A stretch of 43,693 nt of DNA from a virus (IMGVR_UViG_3300038608_000013:1-43693); one strand, 5' to 3'. Shown: positions 18,107-25,647, counted from the first letter of the stretch. Numbers and translations: made by a program. The notes: generated by a model from the sequence alone, not told the origin.

Positions 18107-19036
18107 ATGGACAAGAACGCATTCAAATCCCGAGCTACCACCTGCGCCATCACAGGCGCGATCCTCCCCGAAGATCTCGCCCTATTCGACGTTGACCGCG
18201 TCATCGAGAAACACCAAGGCGGGATCTACACCCCCGAAAATACCCGCGCGCTGACCGCACGGGCACACATGGAGCGCCACGGCAACCTGCGCGAGCGCGG
18301 CGAATGGCTGGAGGAACTCAAGTCGATCATGGACGACCGATCCCAAACCATGAAAGTGGTGCTGAAACTCAATAACCAGTTGCTCGCCTACCAGCGCCAG
18401 ACAGACCACGCGCGGGAATCGACGGAAGCGTTTCTGTCGGAGACGCTGGAGACCGTACACAAGCGGCTGCGCAAGATCGATGCTGAGGTCACGAAGCACG
18501 TCAAGTCCAGTGATGATCCGCTTGTGTTGGCCGCGATGGGCGTTGTAGGTGTTGGCCCGATCACGGTCGCCGGGTTGCAGACGTATATCGATCTGGAGAA
18601 GGCCGGGTCAGCGTCGGCGGTGTGGAAATATGTCGGCCTTCACGCGGCATCCCATGAGCGATACACCAAGGGCGAGGCGGGCGGCGGCAACAAGACCCTG
18701 CGCACGATCATATGGAACACCGCCAACAGCATGACGAAAAACCGGGACTGTCCCTATCGCGTGGTGTACGATCAGACCAAGGACCGCCTCGCCGCGTCAG
18801 AGAAGGTGGTGAAGTCGCGCAATACTCAGGGCCACCTGGTCGAGGTGCCATGGAAGGACACGAAGCCCAGCCACCGGCACGGAGCAGCCCTGCGCGCGAT
18901 CATGAAGCACTTCCTTGCTGACTACTGGTTTGTGGGCAGGACGCTGGCCGGGCTGGATGCGCGACCGTTGTATGTCGAGGAAAAGCTCGGGCACTCCAGT
19001 ATTGTGCGGCCTGTTGAGCGGGGCTGGAAATACTGA
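18107..19036 (+). CDS. TasH-like protein: HNH-like domain + coiled coil + Nop/IS110-like RNA-binding domain
   Basis: Start at 18107 (GGAG RBS), 309 aa. N-terminal DVDRVIEKHQGGIYTPENTRALTARAHMERH is HNH-like. GVVGVGPITVAGL, SASAVWKYVGL, GNKTLRT, PYRVVYD and HGAALRAIMKHFLADYW match the Nop/Transposase_20 pattern. No DEDD RuvC domain seen. Flanked by 36-nt arrays. Confidence 0.85.
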   Translation: MDKNAFKSRATTCAITGAILPEDLALFDVDRVIEKHQGGIYTPENTRALTARAHMERHGNLRERGEWLEELKSIMDDRSQTMKVVLKLNNQLLAYQRQTDHARESTEAFLSETLETVHKRLRKIDAEVTKHVKSSDDPLVLAAMGVVGVGPITVAGLQTYIDLEKAGSASAVWKYVGLHAASHERYTKGEAGGGNKTLRTIIWNTANSMTKNRDCPYRVVYDQTKDRLAASEKVVKSRNTQGHLVEVPWKDTKPSHRHGAALRAIMKHFLADYWFVGRTLAGLDARPLYVEEKLGHSSIVRPVERGWKY

Positions 19037-19253
19037 TAGCCAATACGGAGAAGACACCCATAGCTCTGAAGCGAGCCACGAAAGGCAAGGTACCCACTAA
19101 GTTGAAGCGAGCCAAAAAACCCAAGTCACCCAAGCTCCCGAAGCGAGCCAAGAAATAGAAGACACCCATGAAGCCCAAGCGAGCCACAGCACAAAAGGCA
19201 CCCAGTTGATTGAAGCGAGCCACGACTTGTAAGACACCCAACAAGCGCAAGCG
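19037..19253 (+). ncRNA. TIGR-like dual-repeat guide array 2 (6 x 36 nt)
   Basis: Begins on the base after the tas stop. Units at 19037, 19073, 19109, 19145, 19181, 19217. Spacer pairs: ATACGGAG/TAGCTCTG, CGAAAGGC/CTAAGTTG, AAAAACCC/AGCTCCCG, AGAAATAG/TGAAGCCC, CAGCACAA/GTTGATTG, CGACTTGT/ACAAGCGC. Confidence 0.92.
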
Positions 19254-19255
19254 TA

Positions 19256-19284
19256 TTGACATGCCCGCAGTTGGGCAATAATCT
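19256..19284 (+). promoter_or_regulatory. sigma70 promoter of the replication operon
   Basis: TTGACA-17 nt-TAATCT; the spacer holds inverted repeat TGCCC-N6-GGGCA. Confidence 0.75.
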
Positions 19285-19288
19285 ACAA

Positions 19289-19441
19289 GTGCCGGCCTTG
19301 CTATCCGGCACCGCAAACGGTGACCAACCATGATGAATATCAGTCGCCTGAAGATCGAGGAAAAGGGTCCACGCCGTTCCTCCGTTGCGGTTTGCGCCCC
19401 GCTCAGGGTAGCTCTTGAGCCCTCGATCTTGAGGCGATTGA
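19289..19441 (+). promoter_or_regulatory. Structured leader RNA occluding the replication initiator RBS
   Basis: Two 5' hairpins, then a 21-bp stem 19340-19360 with 19421-19441 that contains the GAGG RBS. Confidence 0.65.
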
Positions 19442-20383
19442 ATGACTAGACCAATCTTCTCATGGCGTCACGCAATCCTGAAATCTGAACTGTCGCCAAC
19501 CACCAGGCACGTACTGCTTACGCTTTCGTGCCATATGAATGACGCGGGAGAAAGCTGCTTCCCTTCCATTGCCACGCTTGTCGAAGAGACCGGACTTAGC
19601 CGGTCGTCAGTAATAGCCCATATCAAGTTGGCTAAGGAATCTGGTTGGATAAGGGTCGGGTTGCATGGGTTTGGCGGCCAGAAGTGGAAGTCTCACGAAT
19701 ACACAAGCGCGATACCTGATTCTGTTTTGTACCTCGAAGGTGGTCCAGGAGGTAGACCACCATTATCAGAAGGTGGTCCAGCAGGTAGACCAGCAATGGC
19801 CGAAGGTGGTCCATCTCCTGACAAAAAGGTGGTCCAGCAGGTGGACCCTATCTCTACAAGTACTAACTCCACATTAAGTGATAACTCCACAAGAGACGCG
19901 CCGCCTATCGGCGACCCTGTTATCGACCCACAACCCTCTTTGCCGCCTAAGCGCAAGAACCCGATATTCAGCCCAGCGCTTATGGACCTTCCTGAGTGGC
20001 TGGACGGCGAGCTATGGGCGGCATGGTGCGAAGAGCGGGCCGACAAGCGCAAGCCGATAACCTACCGGGCCGGGCAGTTGCAGCTCAAGAAGCTGGCCGA
20101 GTACCGGAATCAAGGATTCTCGCCGCAGGAGGTGATCGAGCACAGTATCGCCAGCGGATACCAAGGGCTATTCCCACCGAGAGGTAATCAGCATGAAAAC
20201 CGCAGATCAAATAGCAATGGATTCAATGCAATCGACCCAAACGACGAAAGCTGGCTTACCGATGATGCCCTCGCCTACATCGAGAGCGGGCGAGAGATCG
20301 GCAACCGTGTCCGCGCTGGTAAGCCGTTGCTTCGACGGGATGACGACGGTGTGTACCGCTTGGCGACAGGCGACGATGGGTGA
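19442..20383 (+). CDS. Replication initiator (N-terminal HTH, lambda O-like role)
   Basis: LSPTTRHVLLTL...CFPSIATLVEETGLSRSSV HTH, internal iterons, C-terminal W..W...R..KRKP...SIASGYQGLF. Confidence 0.85.
   Translation: MTRPIFSWRHAILKSELSPTTRHVLLTLSCHMNDAGESCFPSIATLVEETGLSRSSVIAHIKLAKESGWIRVGLHGFGGQKWKSHEYTSAIPDSVLYLEGGPGGRPPLSEGGPAGRPAMAEGGPSPDKKVVQQVDPISTSTNSTLSDNSTRDAPPIGDPVIDPQPSLPPKRKNPIFSPALMDLPEWLDGELWAAWCEERADKRKPITYRAGQLQLKKLAEYRNQGFSPQEVIEHSIASGYQGLFPPRGNQHENRRSNSNGFNAIDPNDESWLTDDALAYIESGREIGNRVRAGKPLLRRDDDGVYRLATGDDG
19736..19848 (+). repeat. Iterons / putative replication origin
   Basis: Four AAGGTGGTCCA-N-GAC repeats (19737, 19770, 19803, 19826; first three at 33-bp period) followed by an A/T-richer stretch. 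Confidence 0.75.
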
Positions 20384-20906
20384 TCCGCAGACGTGGGTGG
20401 CGAACTACAAGCGCGAATTGGCCGAAAGCCTGATCCGCGCCGGGATAACCGACGAGGCCGGAATGCGTGTCGGGCTGTCGCGGCTGAAGGCGCTCAAGCG
20501 GGATTTTCTGCCGAATCCGGATGCGTTCGCTGAATTGTGCGTGACGCCCGAGGATCTAGGCCTGCCGAGCGAAGCCGACGCCTACCGCATGGCGCTGAAC
20601 TGGAGCGCGTTACCGCCCAAGCAGCGGCACCCGGCCGTGCTCGCTGCGCTGCGCGAGATGGATTCGTGGGCGTTTCGGCGAATGCCCGAGGTTGAGGCGC
20701 GCAAGACTTTCAAGGCGGACTGGGACAAGGTGGTTGGCCGTGTGCGGGCTGAGGGGCACGGGTGGTTGCCCGAGATAACCGTTGGCGAGCTGCCGAGCCA
20801 TTCAAGCCTGCCGCAAGATGCGAAGGCTATGGGCCGGGCTGTGCTGGCGAATATCCTGGCTGAGTTGCCGCCGAAAACCCGTTCGCCAGTTTCGGTCGAG
20901 ATTTGA
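20193..20906 (+). CDS. Replication protein P-like (putative helicase loader)
   Basis: Follows the initiator; FLPNPDAFAELC..EDLGLPSEADAY..HPAV resembles lambdoid P-like proteins. Confidence 0.7.
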   Translation: MKTADQIAMDSMQSTQTTKAGLPMMPSPTSRAGERSATVSALVSRCFDGMTTVCTAWRQATMGDPQTWVANYKRELAESLIRAGITDEAGMRVGLSRLKALKRDFLPNPDAFAELCVTPEDLGLPSEADAYRMALNWSALPPKQRHPAVLAALREMDSWAFRRMPEVEARKTFKADWDKVVGRVRAEGHGWLPEITVGELPSHSSLPQDAKAMGRAVLANILAELPPKTRSPVSVEI

Positions 20907-20981
20907 TGCCGGCTGGCTAAAAAAGCGTTAGCCACCGTGCGGATGCCGTGGTAATTTGTGGGCAACATTGGAGACGGAATT

Positions 20982-21251
20982 ATGAGCATTAAAACGATTT
21001 ACATCTGCGACAAATGTGGCGCAGAGCAGTTTTCGGAGGAACAATTCTGGACTGTGGGATTATGGGCGGCATGCTCTGCCACACGCACTACGGCATATCC
21101 GAATGAGTATGTAGCTGACAAACGAGTGCATGTTTGCCGGCCCTGCCTTGAGTCGTTTGGAATCCATGTGCGGGTTAAAGATGGCGTGGATCCTGCGCCA
21201 TCGCCAACAATTGAGGAACTGATCAGGGAAATCCTTGAGATGGCGAAATAG
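20982..21251 (+). CDS. Zn-binding hypothetical protein
   Basis: ICDKCG...VCRPC. Confidence 0.6.
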   Translation: MSIKTIYICDKCGAEQFSEEQFWTVGLWAACSATRTTAYPNEYVADKRVHVCRPCLESFGIHVRVKDGVDPAPSPTIEELIREILEMAK

Positions 21252-21261
21252 TGAGGGCTGA

Positions 21262-21468
21262 ATGGACATCCTGAAAATTCGTGCATCGTCCTATCTGCTG
21301 CCAGATCCAGGAGGCGAAGTGGTACGCGATTGCCTGGCCGAGATTGAGCGGCTGAATGCCGCAATGCTGTTTGTTGCCAGCCTGCTTGAGCAGAGCGGCA
21401 AAGATTCAATGGGTTATGGCCCGGCTTTGCGCAACGTGATGACATCCGCACAAGAGGTTGAAAAATGA
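21262..21468 (+). CDS. Hypothetical protein
   Basis: GAGG RBS, coupled to the next gene. Confidence 0.55.
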   Translation: MDILKIRASSYLLPDPGGEVVRDCLAEIERLNAAMLFVASLLEQSGKDSMGYGPALRNVMTSAQEVEK

Positions 21469-21716
21469 AAACGATCGAACTACAGCGCGACGAACGAATC
21501 GTTGCCGTTGTGCCCGAATACTGCTTCGGTCCTGGTTGGGCAAACCCACTGGTATGGGTGTATATCGTGGACTCAATCCAGCGGTTGCGAATTGAAGCAA
21601 TCCAGCCTGAAGACCAAACGCCTAAAATGCGCACGCTGTTTGGTGTCGGCGCGGCGGCTTGCGGTGCTTTGGTTGGCGCTGTGCCAACGCGCCAAATCAA
21701 GGAGAAAAAAGCGTGA
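21465..21716 (+). CDS. Hypothetical protein
   Basis: GAGG RBS, ATGA overlap. Confidence 0.6.
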   Translation: MKTIELQRDERIVAVVPEYCFGPGWANPLVWVYIVDSIQRLRIEAIQPEDQTPKMRTLFGVGAAACGALVGAVPTRQIKEKKA

Positions 21717-21937
21717 CCGAAGATAGAACCATCCCAAGCGCGCCATTGCCGCTCGCATACCCCGAAACCGTGCGGCATGCGCTGGAGATGATATGGGACC
21801 CACGCTGCGACGTGGATGCACCAAAGGCCGGTTGCAGGTCCAGGGGGGCGGGGGCGCAGGGCCGGCACAAGGCGCGGGTATTCGCATTGGACCGGGCGCT
21901 TGAGGCGGCTGAAGCGCATTACGGGGCGGGCTGGTGA
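21713..21937 (+). CDS. Hypothetical protein
   Basis: GTG start with AGGAG RBS, GTGA overlaps at both ends. Confidence 0.5.
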   Translation: MTEDRTIPSAPLPLAYPETVRHALEMIWDPRCDVDAPKAGCRSRGAGAQGRHKARVFALDRALEAAEAHYGAGW

Positions 21938-22419
21938 ACATCCAGAGGTTGCGGAACCTGACCACTGGCCGGCTGCACACAAAGATGTCCGACATCTATC
22001 GGGATATTGAATGCATTACCGGCGAGCCGTGTGTGATGCCCCACATACTGCCGGACGCTATAAAGGCGCTGCTGCCATACCTGCGGACGAAAGCGCCGGA
22101 ATCTAGATTTTGGATCGGAGGGCATGACCCTTCGCACGTCGGCGAGATTGATATTCCGCCCATGAACAGCAGGGAGCGGTCGGAGTTTTGGGCGCGCTTT
22201 GGAGGCCAAGACGATGCGGTCGATGATAGAAAAACAACGGAGCTTGACGCCGCCGAAAAACTGATGGCTGCTGAAAAGTCGATGCTGGAAGCGGCGAGTG
22301 CGCTCGATGAGCTGGGTAGCATCTCGGCATCGTTGCACGCCAAAGAGATGCGCGGTGCGGTCAAAGTCGCGCGGAAATGGGAACTTGAGTTACGGCGGAT
22401 ACATGCGGGGGCCGGATAA
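21934..22419 (+). CDS. Hypothetical protein
   Basis: 161 aa, begins IQRLRNLTTGRLHT; coupled on both sides. Confidence 0.6.
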   Translation: MNIQRLRNLTTGRLHTKMSDIYRDIECITGEPCVMPHILPDAIKALLPYLRTKAPESRFWIGGHDPSHVGEIDIPPMNSRERSEFWARFGGQDDAVDDRKTTELDAAEKLMAAEKSMLEAASALDELGSISASLHAKEMRGAVKVARKWELELRRIHAGAG

Positions 22420-22850
22420 TGGCGCTGGTCATGGGCATTGATCCCGGCGAGCAGACCGGCGTTGCTATCTACTGCGACGGAATCCTGCTCAATCTGCTAA
22501 CGATCACGCCAGCAACGTACTGTGCGGCGCTGGATAACCACAGACCCGATCTGCTAGTGATCGAGGACAGCAGGCTGCAATCCCATGTGTTCACCGGCCC
22601 GCAAGAATCACCCAAGGCGCGCCTCAAGATCGCCCGCAATATCGGCATGGTGGACGGGTTCTGTTCGATCCTCACGCGCCTGGCTGAGACTCTGGAGATA
22701 CCCATGATCGGCGTTTCACCGCTGGACAAGGGCTCAAAAATCAACGCGGCGCAGTTTGCTAAAATCACGGGGTGGATCGGAAAGAACAACCAGCACGAAA
22801 GGGACGCGGCTGTTGTGTCGCACAAGTATCGGAATTGGAGGAATGGATGA
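22419..22850 (+). CDS. RuvC-like Holliday junction resolvase
   Basis: MGIDPG..TGVA, LVIED, HERDAA acidic motifs. Confidence 0.8.
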   Translation: MALVMGIDPGEQTGVAIYCDGILLNLLTITPATYCAALDNHRPDLLVIEDSRLQSHVFTGPQESPKARLKIARNIGMVDGFCSILTRLAETLEIPMIGVSPLDKGSKINAAQFAKITGWIGKNNQHERDAAVVSHKYRNWRNG

Positions 22851-23104
22851 ACGATTTTGGCATGTACCCAAGCAACACGGATGCGGCGCGGCACTGGTAT
22901 GCGGAGCGAGAGAATGCAACCGCGCGGCTGGAACTGGAGCGCACGCGGGAATGCTGCCGATTGCTAATAAGCCAGAGCGACCCGGTTTTAAGTCTTGGCA
23001 TTGACCGAGATGCGCTAAAGGTTCTTCTGGATTTTGTGCAGCATCACGACACCGCGCGCTTGCGCCGCGAATGCGAACTCTTGCTGACGCGGGTAGGGCG
23101 ATGA
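22847..23104 (+). CDS. Hypothetical protein
   Basis: GGAGG RBS, ATGA overlaps. Confidence 0.5.
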   Translation: MNDFGMYPSNTDAARHWYAERENATARLELERTRECCRLLISQSDPVLSLGIDRDALKVLLDFVQHHDTARLRRECELLLTRVGR

Positions 23105-23310
23105 TGTCCGATGCCGAGCTGATCGCACGACAGGCAATGCAGCTTGAAGAATTGCGCGACGAGGTTGCGGACTTGAGGGAGCGCATTAGCACCGCGCTAT
23201 CACACATATACTGCATTGGCGGCCCGCTGAACGACAACAAGCTTGGGTATTCAAGACCGCAGATGGTCACGTTTTTTCGCATTGCTGAGGTGCTTGGTGA
23301 TGACACCTGA
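23101..23310 (+). CDS. Hypothetical protein
   Basis: Coupled ORF; YCIGGPLNDNKL. Confidence 0.55.
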   Translation: MMSDAELIARQAMQLEELRDEVADLRERISTALSHIYCIGGPLNDNKLGYSRPQMVTFFRIAEVLGDDT

Positions 23311-23812
23311 ACTACTGCTCAAGACCGCCATTATTCCCGCCCTGAGCCTGCTCGACCCCAAGCTCGACACACCTGCCGCGCGTGCCCTGCTCATTTGTAT
23401 CGCTCTACAAGAGACCGGACTGCGCGCCCGTCGGCAAATGCTTGAAGCGCGGGACCATTGGTGGGAGAGCAAGCCGGGGAAAGGCCACGGGTTCTGGCAG
23501 TTTGAGCGAGATGGAGCGACGCGCGGTGTGATGGTCCGCCACGCGGCGGCGAGCGCGATTGTGCTGCCGGTGATCGACGCCCTGCTGTACCCTCGTGACC
23601 CTTACGCGGTACATGAAGCGCTGATACACAATGACGTACTGGCGTGTGTGCTGGCGCGTGCGCTGCTGTACTCGGTACCTGAGCCACTGCCAGGGCCGAA
23701 CGACCCGGCAAAGGGGTGGGATTACTATGTCGGCGCATGGCGACCAGGCAAGGCGCATGTAGAGCCATGGGAGAACAATTATCGTACCGCATGGGGGTTG
23801 GTATTTGCATGA
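23300..23812 (+). CDS. Putative endolysin (lysozyme-like fold)
   Basis: IALQETGL..RRQ, GFWQFE, LARALL, WDYY...WRPGK pattern of phage lysin-like proteins; Glu of QET is the candidate catalyst. Confidence 0.65.
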   Translation: MTPELLLKTAIIPALSLLDPKLDTPAARALLICIALQETGLRARRQMLEARDHWWESKPGKGHGFWQFERDGATRGVMVRHAAASAIVLPVIDALLYPRDPYAVHEALIHNDVLACVLARALLYSVPEPLPGPNDPAKGWDYYVGAWRPGKAHVEPWENNYRTAWGLVFA

Positions 23813-24084
23813 AAAACGAGAATATCACGGCATGGGTGACTAAATACGCGCTGACCAGCGGGATACAGAATGTCACCGGAACCGTGCGCCACGAATCGTG
23901 TAGCAAAATGTTTTCGTACAAAGGTCTGAACCGTGATTGGATGGATGTTGTACACGGCAAGGACTGGCACCGCACTCCGGAGGCTGCGCTGGAGCGCGCG
24001 GAAAAAATGCGCGAGGCCAAGATCGCGTCGCTCAAGAAAAGCCTTGCCAAGATGGAAGTCATGACGTTCAGTGTTGAGGCGTAG
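23809..24084 (+). CDS. Hypothetical protein
   Basis: WVTKYALTSGI...DWHRT.EAAL..AE.MR..KIASL. Confidence 0.65.
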   Translation: MKNENITAWVTKYALTSGIQNVTGTVRHESCSKMFSYKGLNRDWMDVVHGKDWHRTPEAALERAEKMREAKIASLKKSLAKMEVMTFSVEA

Positions 24085-24087
24085 CGA

Positions 24088-24255
24088 ATGAATCGGTTTG
24101 TTGAGTTGTTGGCGACGACAATTATCGCGCTTGGGTGGCTGGCAGGTATCGTGCTGGCAAAAGGCGTCATGAGCACAATTGCCGCGATATTCATCCCACC
24201 GTATGCGTGGTATCTGGTAGTCGAGAGGGCCATGTCTATGGCGGGCGTGGCATGA
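24088..24255 (+). CDS. Small two-TM membrane protein
   Basis: Manually translated 55 aa: MNRFVELLATTIIALGWLAGIVLAKGVMSTIAAIFIPPYAWYLVVE... Confidence 0.55.
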   Translation: MNRFVELLATTIIALGWLAGIVLAKGVMSTIAAIFIPPYAWYLVVERAMSMAGVA

Positions 24256-25253
24256 AACTCCGCGACGGCGATCTGCGCACCATCATCGACTGGGTGCTGG
24301 TTGCGCTCCTGGTCGTAGGACTTATGATTATCGCGCTGCTGCTGATTCGCGCACCGGAGGCCGAGGCATTGGACGATAACAGCGCGGTCCCGGTATTGCT
24401 CTATCACTCACGCACGGCTGGGCCGAACTGCAATGCCGACGACACGGGCGTGCTGGCATTCGAGCGCGATGTGCGAATACTCAGGAGTAGAGGCTATGTA
24501 CTGCGACCGCTGCTGGAGGTGGTGTACTGGCGGCTGGGGATCTGGCGTGGCGATCAGTTGCCCGCCAAAGTCGCCGCGATCACGTTCGACGATGGCTTCG
24601 ACCGCGATTGGCTGAGCGGCATCCCGTCGCGGGTGCGGTATCCGGATTATCCCTGCCCGAGCCTGCCATCCGTGCGAGAGATCGCCGAAGGCGACGGCAA
24701 TATCCCGGTGACGTTTTTCGTGATCGCATCGCGGGCCGTGCGGCTGGGAATCCAGCAAGACCACATGAACGACAACTGGTGGCAATCGGCCCAGCGCCAT
24801 TACTTGTTCGATATCGGAAATCACAGCATCGACCACGACCACCAGTCCATAACGCACCCACTGGTTGATGATGATATCGGGGCGACGCTGCCGGCATCAG
24901 GCCACGCGTACGGTCGGTGGCACGGTGAGGATAACCCGCTGCGATGGACCAACTACGCGGCGGCATCGCTGGCCGTCGAACAATCCGCCAAGGCCATCCA
25001 CAGCCGCACCGAGGTCTGGCCGGTCCTGTTTGCGCACCCGATGGGGGTGGTCAGCCCGCACATGCACAACGTGTACCTGCCGACGTATCAGGCCCAACAC
25101 GGCACGCTCGCGGCGTTTTGCACCGAGGACGGCACGTCGGAGCGGCTGGTACGCAAGAGCAGCGATCGTTGGTGTTTGCCTCGGCTCGGGCATGGCGTGT
25201 CGTGGGTTACCGCAGACGACCTGAGCCGGCTGATTGATGGGTGGGAACGATGA
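24252..25253 (+). CDS. Membrane-anchored polysaccharide deacetylase (CE4/NodB)
   Basis: N-terminal TM, VPVLLYH, ITFDDG, TFFVI, IGNHSIDH, FAHPMG and LPRL motifs. Confidence 0.85.
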   Translation: MKLRDGDLRTIIDWVLVALLVVGLMIIALLLIRAPEAEALDDNSAVPVLLYHSRTAGPNCNADDTGVLAFERDVRILRSRGYVLRPLLEVVYWRLGIWRGDQLPAKVAAITFDDGFDRDWLSGIPSRVRYPDYPCPSLPSVREIAEGDGNIPVTFFVIASRAVRLGIQQDHMNDNWWQSAQRHYLFDIGNHSIDHDHQSITHPLVDDDIGATLPASGHAYGRWHGEDNPLRWTNYAAASLAVEQSAKAIHSRTEVWPVLFAHPMGVVSPHMHNVYLPTYQAQHGTLAAFCTEDGTSERLVRKSSDRWCLPRLGHGVSWVTADDLSRLIDGWER

Positions 25254-25438
25254 GCGGTAACAAATCCTCCCGCATCGAAAAGCACATTTACGTTGGCCTA
25301 TCCCGCCCCGAGCTGCACACGATTGCCGCCGAGAAAGTGCGATTTTACCATCGCCGACAACGGTTGGGCGAGCCGTTCCACAACTTGTTGGATGCGTGGC
25401 AGTGGGTTGAGCAGAGGCTGAGGAGCGATAGAAAATGA
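25250..25438 (+). CDS. Hypothetical protein
   Basis: ATGA-coupled ORF. Confidence 0.45.
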   Translation: MSGNKSSRIEKHIYVGLSRPELHTIAAEKVRFYHRRQRLGEPFHNLLDAWQWVEQRLRSDRK

Positions 25439-25647
25439 TTGATGAAAAAAACCAGTTTCACAAGACCATGGTAGAAGAGTTCATCAAACCGAAAATTCTC
25501 GACATGAACTCGCGTGCCTCAAGACTGGAGTCAGAGGGTAATGCCCTGTTGACAAAGGCTGCTACGATCAGGGCCGAGGCGTCTTCACTGGAAAGCAATC
25601 TCTATAGCTACATGAAGTCGCGCGCTGAACAATTTCCCGATGACTGA
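25435..25647 (+). CDS. Hypothetical coiled-coil protein
   Basis: GAGGAG RBS. Confidence 0.55.
   Translation: MIDEKNQFHKTMVEEFIKPKILDMNSRASRLESEGNALLTKAATIRAEASSLESNLYSYMKSRAEQFPDD

Noticed and set aside
17978-19036. IS110 transposase / insertion sequence, and the 352-aa start at 17978
   Set aside because: No N-terminal DEDD RuvC domain; an HNH-like domain and guide arrays are present instead. The 17978 ATG overlaps the -10 box and the extension crosses the RNA stem, while 18107 has the RBS.
17806-19253. CRISPR array
   Set aside because: Repeats are 10 nt and alternate between two types, spacers are 8 nt, and there is no cas operon. The Cas4-like exonuclease belongs to the ERF recombination module.
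17806-19253. Canonical opposite-strand self-targets for the ten guides
   Set aside because: Single-spacer hits seen by eye (e.g. near 6441, 26866, 38772) lacked the partner half. The manual search was not exhaustive.
18900-19331. Minus-strand ORFs with 12-aa periodicity (VARF...LG), also 17750-17938
   Set aside because: These are translations of the 36-nt arrays, not credible proteins.
20999-24407. Long minus-strand ORFs 20999-21982 and 23391-24407
   Set aside because: They are antisense to chains of coupled plus-strand genes with RBSs and have no recognisable motifs.
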